A DNA stretch of 64,000 nucleotides, taken from the IMG/VR virus record IMGVR_UViG_3300031998_000011, positions 96,001 to 160,000 of that record; one strand, given 5' to 3'. Position 1 is the first letter of the stretch, and the number at the start of each line of letters is the position of its first letter. This stretch comes from a virus (taxonomy: Duplodnaviria > Caudoviricetes). The notes under the pieces were generated by a model that was not told the origin of the DNA, did not search any database, and saw nothing but the letters and a program-made list of their open reading frames with translations. A program made the position numbers and the translations under genes. Of this stretch, positions 37,421 through 46,600 are shown one piece after another.

Positions 37421-38113
37421 ATGAATATCCAAACTGTTCATTCCAGTATGGTCAAGCGGGCGGGCGCCAAGGGCGAACTCGCCAGCAATCTCGCCCAGGC
37501 CGGTCTGGCTCAGATCCCGACCGTTGTTACCCAGATTCCTGGCGTCATCAATGGCGCCGGCAGCATCGTCGGTGCTTTCTCCAGCCCGGCTACCGAGGCT
37601 GAAGAATCCAAGTGGGACGATGGCGACAGCGAAGTGGCTGGTCTCCTTCCTGGTGTCGCCGGCTACCGCATGGCGCGTCGTCGCAAACGCCAGCTCAAGG
37701 CCGATGAAGGCGGCACTCCGCACTATTGGTCACAGGCCTTTGGCCCGCTGTCCGCTCTTCTGATTGCGTCTGGTCTCGGTGCTCTCGGCGGTGGTGTCGT
37801 CGGCGGTGCCACCAACGGATTCAAGAATGACACAAATGCTCTCATCGGCGCTGGTATCGGTGCTGGTGTCGGTGCCGGCGGTGCTGCTCTCTCCGAGCTT
37901 GGTGCTCTGATTGCGGCTGCCATCAAGCGTCGTCGCTCCAAGGAAGAGCAGAAAGCCTATGCGAACTCTAGTACCGCTTCCGAGTGGCTGGTTCCCGGCG
38001 TTGCCACGTACAATGCGTGGAAGACGATGGGTCGTGTGATCGGTGACTCCGAGGAACGCGAAGCCGCCAAGGCGAAAGAACAGGCTCCGGCTGGCGCACT
38101 TGCGACTGCGTAA
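37421..38113 (+). CDS. Glycine-zipper protein with K-x-A leader
   Basis: MNIQTVHSSMVKRAG; GAGIGAGVGAGG. Confidence 0.75.
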   Translation: MNIQTVHSSMVKRAGAKGELASNLAQAGLAQIPTVVTQIPGVINGAGSIVGAFSSPATEAEESKWDDGDSEVAGLLPGVAGYRMARRRKRQLKADEGGTPHYWSQAFGPLSALLIASGLGALGGGVVGGATNGFKNDTNALIGAGIGAGVGAGGAALSELGALIAAAIKRRRSKEEQKAYANSSTASEWLVPGVATYNAWKTMGRVIGDSEEREAAKAKEQAPAGALATA

Positions 38114-38122
38114 GGTGTCCCG

Positions 38123-38848
38123 ATGCCAGATACCACAGGCACATTTAATAATCTGCTGAGAGCCAAGCAGAAGTTCATTTCGAACGTTCTCGACACCGAG
38201 AAACCTGCGAAGATCTACCGTTTGGACGACTATAAGCAGATCAGGACTGCGCTGTTTGATAACGTGAAGAACGCTGTCAAGCAGCGCTTCCCCCTGTACA
38301 ATGACCGGGTAACTCTGGCAATCGAAGATGTTGATTACGATGATCCAGACGAGATCGACATCCCGAAGCAGAAGCAGTGCATCCTGGAGGGTAAATCCTG
38401 TGACCGCAGGTTGCGCGGTCGCTGGGTCCTCCGGGATGCAGCTACTGACAAGGTGCTCAGCCAGACCAAGCGTATGACTCTGATGCGCGTGCCTTACATG
38501 ACTGACCGTGGGACTTTCATTCGCAACGGTCATGAGTACGCTTTCACGAACATTATGCGTCTGGAACCTGGTGTATACACAAAGAAGCGCGATGACGAAG
38601 TGTCTGCACAGTTCAATATTCAGAAGGGAACGGGTGCTGGCTTCAATATGTTCCTTACACCGGAGACAGGCATCTTCAAGATCAAACGAGGAACCACCAG
38701 TTGTCCTGCTTACACAGTATTCAAGGACCTCGGTGTGACTGACGATCAGATGCAACAGGCCTGGGGTCAGGAGCTGTTCGAGAAGAACAAACGAGCAGGC
38801 ACAGACGAGAAAGCTCGTCAGGCTGCTAACAAGATATACAACATGTGA
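38123..38848 (+). CDS. rpoB: RNA polymerase beta subunit, N-terminal fragment
   Basis: VPYMTDRGTFIRNGHEYAFTNIMRLEPGVY aligns with bacterial [30 protein letters not shown]. Confidence 0.88.
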   Translation: MPDTTGTFNNLLRAKQKFISNVLDTEKPAKIYRLDDYKQIRTALFDNVKNAVKQRFPLYNDRVTLAIEDVDYDDPDEIDIPKQKQCILEGKSCDRRLRGRWVLRDAATDKVLSQTKRMTLMRVPYMTDRGTFIRNGHEYAFTNIMRLEPGVYTKKRDDEVSAQFNIQKGTGAGFNMFLTPETGIFKIKRGTTSCPAYTVFKDLGVTDDQMQQAWGQELFEKNKRAGTDEKARQAANKIYNM

Positions 38849-38856
38849 GGAACAAC

Positions 38857-40428
38857 ATGCAGACATATTCAGATTTCCAGAAGAAGGCCGAGCTTGGCGG
38901 TGCCGGCGAATACTTCCAGCGCCGTGAAGAGGAACTGGCCAAGTCAGAGATGGAGGGATACCGTGATGGTACCGCCGTGAAGTATCCGGGCAGCTGGACA
39001 CAGACTCCTGGTACAGACTACTGGAATTTGGATGAGTCGAAGGTTCCGTCTGGGTATCATCAGGCATTCTGGCAGAAGATGGACAGCATCAACCGGAAAT
39101 ACAATGGAAACCTGTACAGGTCCTACAGACAGAAAGAGAATGATCCGACCGGGCAGGGTGTGACTACTGGGTCTATGGGTTACAAGATGCTTGCACAGGA
39201 GCCGGAACCAATTATGCTCCCACCGCTGACAGTCACGGCTCATGATTACACGGCTGAGATGAACAAGGACTGGGACGAGCACATGAACCGGATTAAGAAC
39301 TCCGGTCCTATGGACAATATTCCATCCACACAAGACTACATGACAAGTCGCTGGGGCAAGGATTGGATGACCAATCCATATCCGCAGCAACAGTCTGGAA
39401 CCACGCAGGGACCCACTGTTCCGATGGTAAAGAACCAGTCGTACAAGGAGTTCTGTAAGAAGGCTCTGTTTGAGGATACGATTGGTCCCACTGACAGTAT
39501 ACTCAGTCTTCATACTGACAGCATCTTTGATGCGCCACGGCACACCGACAGCATCCTGGAACCGAAACTTGATACTACACTTAATCTTGGTAATGCATGT
39601 CGTCCTGGCGGTTGTACAACAGCGCCAGATACTGGTTGGGTCAGTCGTAACCCAGAACTGGCTGCCGGTATTGGTACGCTCCTTCTCGGTGGCGGCGGTG
39701 TTCTTCTTTACAAACTCATGCAGGATGCAAAGAAGCAGAAACAAAAGCCGCTGGCCAAGTCTGGATCCGCTCGCAGTGATTTCTGGTACAGTGCGCTTGG
39801 TGCGCCGTTTTATGGAGCGGCATCAGGCGCTGCTGCGGCTGCATCTCTGGAACGTGAGAAAAAAGACATGGAGGAAGCCTTCAAGGGCACAGGGAAGAAA
39901 CCTGGAAGTATGGCGGATCCCGCGACGGAAATCGAAGAGGAAGTCTGGGATCGTCATCCGGAATCGGCTCTTATTCCAGGTATCGGTGTGAACCGCACGG
40001 ATCGTCGCATTAAGCGTCAGCTCCTGAATGATAAAGGCAAGACCCCGCATTTCTGGTCGCAGCGCATTGGCAATCTTGCGCCACTCCTGATTCTTGCTGG
40101 TCTGGCTGGTGTTGGTGGTTATATGTATGCTGACAAGAAAGATTTGCGCATGGCGAATGGTAATAGTGCCAAAGGTATTGCAGCCGCTGCCGGCGCAGGT
40201 GCTGGATTCCTTGGTGGTGCGCTCAGTCTCGAAGCTGGTGGCGGTCTTGCCGCGTTGCTGACGCCGACTCGTACAAAGGAACAACAGAAGGCATACGCCA
40301 ATAGCCCAACTACCAAGGAATGGCTTATTCCTGGTCTCAGTTCCTATAATGAATATAAGACCTATGGCCGCATGTTCGCTGATAGTGACGAACGTGCAGC
40401 CAAACGCCGAAAGGAAGGCAAGGCATGA
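38857..40428 (+). CDS. Multi-segment virion protein; C-terminal part paralogous to 37421
   Basis: MQTYSDFQKKA leader repeated internally as SYKEFCKKA; TPH(Y/F)WSQ and QKAYANS.T..EWL.PG shared with 37421. Confidence 0.75.
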   Translation: MQTYSDFQKKAELGGAGEYFQRREEELAKSEMEGYRDGTAVKYPGSWTQTPGTDYWNLDESKVPSGYHQAFWQKMDSINRKYNGNLYRSYRQKENDPTGQGVTTGSMGYKMLAQEPEPIMLPPLTVTAHDYTAEMNKDWDEHMNRIKNSGPMDNIPSTQDYMTSRWGKDWMTNPYPQQQSGTTQGPTVPMVKNQSYKEFCKKALFEDTIGPTDSILSLHTDSIFDAPRHTDSILEPKLDTTLNLGNACRPGGCTTAPDTGWVSRNPELAAGIGTLLLGGGGVLLYKLMQDAKKQKQKPLAKSGSARSDFWYSALGAPFYGAASGAAAAASLEREKKDMEEAFKGTGKKPGSMADPATEIEEEVWDRHPESALIPGIGVNRTDRRIKRQLLNDKGKTPHFWSQRIGNLAPLLILAGLAGVGGYMYADKKDLRMANGNSAKGIAAAAGAGAGFLGGALSLEAGGGLAALLTPTRTKEQQKAYANSPTTKEWLIPGLSSYNEYKTYGRMFADSDERAAKRRKEGKA

Positions 40429-41603
40429 AATACAGAGATATGAGGAACAACCTCATCAAGCAGGCTGCTATACAGCCTGCAGCGTATGGAGCAACATCTC
40501 CCAATGCACCAAGATCGCAGCAGATGCTGGCCGCTCAGACTTATCCAAATGCACCAGTTGCGAGGCAGCAGACTGTGAGACCGATCAATTTCCAGCCGGC
40601 ACAGGATTACTGGAAATGGCGCTCAATGCATGATCAGGGAACTGCAAATGCGCAGGGCAACTTCGGTGTCCAGCGCCAGAAAGCCGAGCGTGAATGGGAG
40701 CGCCAGAAAACCAACAATGATATGGCCCAGCAGATGGCGCAGTGGGATACCGGCTACAAGGCATCCCCCGGAAAGCAGGAGTATGACCAACAACAGGCGC
40801 AAGGACTCGACGACAGCTGGACCAGACAAATCCGTAGCGACATCGACAGTTGGTATCAGAATCCGAATATGAACGGCTTCGATATGTCCGATGCTGATCT
40901 GATGGCAGCTGACCAGTACGGCTACAAAACATATGGCAATCGCTGGGTCCCGTTCCATCGTGAGCTCTATAACCGCAATGAGCAGATGCGCTCTGCTGAA
41001 CAGGCCAACATGGCTGAATGGCACAAGGCGCTGAGCTCTTTCGTTCAGCAAAACAAAGGGCAGCAGCCCACGGCTGAACAGCGTGCGCAGCTCATGGCTG
41101 AGTTCAACAAAATCCACGGCAATCAGGCGGCCGAACGTGCTGTTGTGTATGCCAATGTCATGGCTACCCGCGATAAGATGCGTGACAGGACCACGATGGG
41201 CGATTTGCAGGCTGGCAAGTTCCCGGTCAGTAAACCGGAAACGACATCACCGGAGACTACGACTACCACGGCGCCTGTGACAACAGGTGCGACAGGAGAC
41301 GAGAGCACTGGAACACAGGGCGGTGCAGGTGGCAGCCAGAATCCGGGTGATCCAGCGTGGTACAGCGGACTGTACAACTGGATGCAGCAAAATCCGAATA
41401 TGAGTGCAGGCATGGGTGCGCTCCTTTCCGGTGCCCTCATGTATGGCCTTGGTGCAGGAAACGGCAGACGCCGTAACCACGCACTTGGTCTGATCCTGGC
41501 TCTGCTCGGTGGCGGTGCTACCTGGTACGGTATGCAGAATTGGCTGTCCCCACAAGTCGCACAGACAGATAACTCTGCTGCAGCTGGTCAGACGACCACA
41601 TGA
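40425..41603 (+). CDS. Gln-rich protein with K-x-A leader and C-terminal TM hairpin
   Basis: MKYRDMRNNLIKQAA; LGLILALLGGGATW. Confidence 0.7.
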   Translation: MKYRDMRNNLIKQAAIQPAAYGATSPNAPRSQQMLAAQTYPNAPVARQQTVRPINFQPAQDYWKWRSMHDQGTANAQGNFGVQRQKAEREWERQKTNNDMAQQMAQWDTGYKASPGKQEYDQQQAQGLDDSWTRQIRSDIDSWYQNPNMNGFDMSDADLMAADQYGYKTYGNRWVPFHRELYNRNEQMRSAEQANMAEWHKALSSFVQQNKGQQPTAEQRAQLMAEFNKIHGNQAAERAVVYANVMATRDKMRDRTTMGDLQAGKFPVSKPETTSPETTTTTAPVTTGATGDESTGTQGGAGGSQNPGDPAWYSGLYNWMQQNPNMSAGMGALLSGALMYGLGAGNGRRRNHALGLILALLGGGATWYGMQNWLSPQVAQTDNSAAAGQTTT

Positions 41604-41699
41604 CGCAACCACTAATGTAACGACAAGTAACCCTTTCCTATAAAACCAACAAAGCTATTCCAATAGCAACCAAACATACAACACAGAGGAGTCCATATC

Positions 41700-42446
41700 A
41701 TGGCTACCACTTACGCAGAAGCAGTGAAACGCGCCCGCATGGCGTACAGCTTCAACAAGAACGCGGCTGAAAAGTACGACGATTCCAAGCATCCTGCTCA
41801 GACCCCCGCTGAGATCGAAGCGGCTCAGCAGAAGAACCTCGAAGAAGGTCAGGCCGAGTCCAATCGCATCAAAGCGAAGCGCGACTATGACGCCGCTCAG
41901 CAGAAGAACCTCGAAGCAGGTATCGCCCGAAGCAATGAAATCAAGAGCATGAACGACATCACAAAAGCTCAGAACGCCAATCTGGAAGCTGGTCAGGCGC
42001 TGTCTCAGTTCCTTGCGAGTGCCAAGGCGTACGGCGCGAATGGCGGCATGCCTATGGAAGTCGCTGAACAGATCCTTCTGATGAACGGCACCGGTGCACT
42101 TCCGGATGATGCCAAATCGCTCGTTCCAATGGCGCAGAGCCTTGTGGCTTCCAAATACACAGATCAGAAGAACGGCATTGTGAACCGTGCCCAGGGCGAA
42201 CAGGCTGTCCGTGACATCGCTCAGCAGAAGGCCAATCGCAATCTCGGTATCAGTGCCGGTGCTGGCCTCCTCGGTGGCGCTGCTGTTGGCGCCGGTACCT
42301 ACGGTCTCGCTGGTCTGTTCCCGTCTCTCAAGAAGCGTCGTCTTCTCCGTGCTCTCGTGGCTCTCGGCGTCGGCGCCGGTGCCGGTGCTGGAATCGGATA
42401 CGGCGTGAATCGCGGTCTGAACAGCGGCAAGATCAACATTGGCTGA
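41700..42446 (+). CDS. Glycine-zipper protein with three 24-aa repeats
   Basis: AVKRA/FNKNAA leader; AQQKNLE(E/A)G repeats; GAGAGAGIG. Confidence 0.75.
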   Translation: MATTYAEAVKRARMAYSFNKNAAEKYDDSKHPAQTPAEIEAAQQKNLEEGQAESNRIKAKRDYDAAQQKNLEAGIARSNEIKSMNDITKAQNANLEAGQALSQFLASAKAYGANGGMPMEVAEQILLMNGTGALPDDAKSLVPMAQSLVASKYTDQKNGIVNRAQGEQAVRDIAQQKANRNLGISAGAGLLGGAAVGAGTYGLAGLFPSLKKRRLLRALVALGVGAGAGAGIGYGVNRGLNSGKINIG

Positions 42447-42458
42447 ACATGACATTGC

Positions 42459-42495
42459 ACAGGGAGTGCGCCTGCAAGGGACGCTCCCTGTCTTC
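42459..42495 (+). terminator. Hairpin, possible terminator or processing site
   Basis: ACAGGGAGTG...CGCTCCCTGT; short U tail. Confidence 0.45.
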
Positions 42496-42515
42496 GTTCA
42501 ATAAGGAGAACGCAC

Positions 42516-43238
42516 ATGAACAACATTGATTTCATGGTGAAGGTCGCCACAAAAGACCGCTCTATCGACGTGCTCCGCAGCATGATGGCTCTGCAGAAGA
42601 AAGCTGCTTTCGTTCCAAACGGAAACCCGACGCAGGCCCCAAACCAGCAGAACCAGGAAGCTGTTGACTATGGTGCGATTGCGCAGCAGATCATCAACGG
42701 TACAGCGGGTACGCAGCCCGCGCAGACTTCCAGTAAGCCTGCGAAAGCCGGAACAAATGGAAACTCGCGTTTCAGTTTCAATCTGACTCCTGGCGCGGAA
42801 TCCACCCTTCGTGGTATACTTGCCATGGGCGGTGCGGCTGGCGGTAGTACTGCTGGTTTCCGTGGCGGCGGCTGGCTCGGCGGCAGAGTTGGTCAGGGCA
42901 TTGGCAGAGGTATCGGATACCTGCGTGGTTCTATCGCAAACAGAAATCTTCTGAATCCTGGCAGATTCCTGACTGGTCATCCTGAGCGTGCTCTCGCAAT
43001 ACCAGGTGGTTATGCGACCAGTTCCAATCTTGCGACAACGGGTAATATGGCACGTACTATCGGTAATGCGGGTCGTTCCGCTATTACAAGCCGGATCGGT
43101 GCTGTTGGTCGTAACATCGGCACAAATATCGGTCGTGGTATCGGTGCCGTTGGTGGCGGTATCGGTGGTATGGCGCTTGGAACGCTGGCTGGCGACGCTC
43201 TGTTCGGTGCCACGCATACTGACAAGGGCCGTGCATAA
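42516..43238 (+). CDS. Glycine-zipper protein with K-x-A leader
   Basis: MVKVA/LQKKAA; GxxxG runs; ends DKGRA. Confidence 0.75.
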   Translation: MNNIDFMVKVATKDRSIDVLRSMMALQKKAAFVPNGNPTQAPNQQNQEAVDYGAIAQQIINGTAGTQPAQTSSKPAKAGTNGNSRFSFNLTPGAESTLRGILAMGGAAGGSTAGFRGGGWLGGRVGQGIGRGIGYLRGSIANRNLLNPGRFLTGHPERALAIPGGYATSSNLATTGNMARTIGNAGRSAITSRIGAVGRNIGTNIGRGIGAVGGGIGGMALGTLAGDALFGATHTDKGRA

Positions 43239-43249
43239 GGAGCCGAACT

Positions 43250-43588
43250 ATGGCATACATGACATACAGAGAGTTCCTGCAGAAGCAGGCCGCCACCAAG
43301 GTTGATACAGGCGACGAGGTTATTTCCATGGACGAGCTGCAGGCTCGTATCCAGGCTGACCACGAAGCTCGTAAACTTGGTGTTGGCGGTGCTTTTGTCA
43401 GATCACTTCCGATCTCGCTGCTGATTGCCGGTATCTCCGGACTGGCAATCGGATTGAAATCTGGAAGTCCTGCTGCCGGTATTGCCACAGGTCTTATCAC
43501 TGGCGGTGTTACGGCTGGTATGAACACAGCCCTCAACGCAAATGCAACTCCAGAGGAAGCTGGGACTTCGTTCTACGCTGCAATCTGA
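43250..43588 (+). CDS. Small two-TM protein with K-x-A leader
   Basis: MAYMTYREFLQKQAA. Confidence 0.75.
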   Translation: MAYMTYREFLQKQAATKVDTGDEVISMDELQARIQADHEARKLGVGGAFVRSLPISLLIAGISGLAIGLKSGSPAAGIATGLITGGVTAGMNTALNANATPEEAGTSFYAAI

Positions 43589-43589
43589 G

Positions 43590-43612
43590 ATTTTCAACTT
43601 CAAGTTGAAAAT
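43590..43612. repeat. 23-bp palindromic site, copy 4
   Basis: ATTTTCAACTTCAAGTTGAAAAT; perfect 11-1-11 palindrome; intergenic. Confidence 0.9.
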
Positions 43613-43615
43613 TAC

Positions 43616-43646
43616 GAGGACTCCACAACGGGGTCCTCTTTCTTTT
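43616..43646 (+). terminator. Intrinsic terminator
   Basis: GAGGACTCC-acaac-GGGGTCCTC followed by TTTCTTTT. Confidence 0.8.
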
Positions 43647-43689
43647 ATAGTAGAGTGATACGCGCAAGATACATAAGAGGAGACCAATT

Positions 43690-46600
43690 ATGCCCGAAGC
43701 ACCTGTTTCACCGATACAAGCTGCCGGTACTGCGATGACCAATATCCGGCTCACACCGGATAAACCGACCAAGACTGCAGCTGACTGGGTACGCGATATG
43801 CGCATGTCGCCCAGTGTGAACAAGACCACGACAGGTGTGGAGACTGCTTCTGTCACAGGCGATTTGATGCTGGCTACCTCGAAGAAGCTCCTCGGTATAT
43901 CCAGAGGTGAACGGGAGCCAGATCCGAAAGACTCTCTGGAGTTCCAGCGGTTCTACGGCCCAGCCGAATATTTTGCAGAGCATGTGCTCCGTGATGGTAA
44001 CAAGCTGGGGCGCAATATCCTGTGGAAAGCAACAAACGTTGGCAACCTTGATTTCATGCCGGTGAATGCGCTGGATAAGCACATCAGCGACGTTTACTAC
44101 GACAGCAAGCTCGCCCAGATGATAGACGGTTCTTCTCCGCTGGAAACAGTGGATGCATCCTACAAGACCACCCGTATCGGTGAAGGCGGCGTCGGAGACC
44201 TCGATTCAGCTCCTGACGAGATGCGCACGGTGCAGCCGTCCTTTCTTGGTTTTGTAGATCCGGTCCGGTCGCCTGAAAGTTTTCGCGTCGGGTTGGATGT
44301 CTATATGACTAAGAATGTTATGAAGGGATCCGACGGGAAATTGTATCAGAAATTCATCAATGCGCACACTGGCAAGGAAGAGCTGGTCGATTCCGAGACC
44401 ATTGCCAAGTCCGTAGTGACGACGCCTGAGATGATGAACTCCAAGACCAAGTCGGTGTTCGCTATGGGAGGCCCGACTGGTGTTCGCATCGTACCGCGCA
44501 AGGACGTGGACTATTACCTGCCCAGAGCTGATGAAGCCTACAGCATGTCCTCCAACATGGTGACAATGCCGTCTGCAGTCATCGGCATGCGACTCCTGAT
44601 GGGTTGCCTGCACCCGGATACAAATGTGCTGATTGCAGACGACCACAATATGATTCACATGATGCCGGCCAAGTATCTGAACGCGCACAAGCAGCGCATC
44701 CCAGGCATGACCAGCGAGTTCAAGACCGCCTGCTACGATATGCAGAACACAGTCGCCAAGCTGACACAGAAGCCGCGCTGGTTCAAGAAAATTGTCACGA
44801 AATCCGGCCGAGTCCTCGTCACCAGTTACGACCATCGCTGGCCTGTTCTCATCAACGGTAAGATGACACTGGTCCAAGCGCGTGACCTGAAGCCGGGCGA
44901 TACGATTCTGCGTTCTGCGTTCCGCGATGTTCCGAACCGACGCACGTTCCTGAACAAGCATCTTATCACGAAGGACGTCGCTTTCTTCCTGGGGCTTCTC
45001 TGCAGATCCGCCAAGAGCAACAAGCGCGGGTCTGTCACGTTCCGTTACAAGTGTGGTGCTGATGTCAGAATCCGTGATGCCATTCATTATGTCTGGGGTG
45101 ACTGCAAGCCGGTGATCCGACAGTACAAGAAGGATGGGTTCTACTGCATGACTGTCCGTTGTGAAGCCATATGGCAGTATGTCGAAGACCACATCGGTTT
45201 CACCGACAGCACCCGCGATATCCCGACTGAGATTCTCAGCACATATGCCGAGATCGTTGCTGAGTTCCTGAATGGATATACCTGTGATGATACCATGATG
45301 GGCACTGACAGCAACGAGGATATTTGGATTCTGTTCATTCCGAACATGAAGGTTCGCGATGAATTGTCCTTCCTGTTCGCCCGTATCGGTACTGACACGT
45401 TGTACCGCGATGCTCCTGGTGCAGATCCCAATCATGTCGAGATTGCGCTGAAGATCAGTGATACCTCCAGGCTCTGGAATGACATGTACAAAGACACCAT
45501 CAAGTACGTCTGGGAAGGTCCGCGCTGTCCTATCATGGTTGATATTGACATAAACGACAACATGTATGCAGTCGCCAACGGCATCGTGACGCACAATTCC
45601 AAGTACCCGCTGCAGGCTATCTCACTGGACAATCGTGAGGCTCCTCTGGTCCGTACACTGGACGAAGCATCCGGAAAAGACATGTCTTCACTGGTCGGCA
45701 AGTTCCTGGGAGCCAGGTTTGCACCACAGGGTGGTGTTGTCACGGCTGTCCGTAAGGACCGCATCGACGTGATTTGGGACGACGGCAGTAAGGGTGCTGT
45801 TCCTCTGTATGTGAACTTCCCGATGAACGCCAAGGGTTTCATCAACAATACACCGGTCATCAAGGCCGGCATGCCTTTCAAGAAGGGACAGATTCTTGCC
45901 AGCTCCAACTACACGGACAAGGACGGCACGGCGGCTCTTGGTATCAACTTGAAGTCCGGTTGGATCAGCTGGAAGGGTGGCACTTACGAAGACGCTGTTG
46001 TCATTAGCGAGGAAGCCGCCAAGAAGTTGACCAGCACGACCATGTACAACACATCGGTCGATCTGGATAAGACCATCAGTCTGGGCAAGAAGAACTACAT
46101 CACCTGGAAACCTGCCGAGTACACAAAGGAGCAGATGGAACAGCTGGACGACAACGGCGTTGTCCGTCCAGGCACTGTGCTACATAAGGGCGACCCGATG
46201 ATTCTGGCCGTCCGTACCAGCGAGCCAAGTCCAGGTACGATGGGTAAGCGCATCCTGACAGACCTGTCCGAGACGTGGGATCATGACCATGAAGGAATCG
46301 TGACAGATGTGGTCAGAACACGCAAGGGTGTCAAGGTTTTCACGACAGTGACCGCGCCGGCAGAAATCGGTGATAAGATCGCCGGTCTGCACGGCAACAA
46401 AGGCACGATTGCCCAGATTCTGCCGAAAGAACAGATGCCGCAGACCAAGCAGGGTACACCGCTTGATATCTGTTTCAGTCCTCTTGGAGTCACGAGCCGC
46501 AACAACACGGCGCAGCTTTATGAGGCGCTGCTTGGCAAGGTAGCAAAGAAGACCGGCCAGATACAGATCATGCCGGCGTTCTTCGAAGGCGACCTGCATG

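Noticed and set aside
33272-41995. Short tandem repeats (27-bp unit near 33272-33340, TDSI x3 near 39490-39560, 72-bp unit near 41820-41995)
   Set aside because: In-frame, diverged protein repeats rather than DNA elements.
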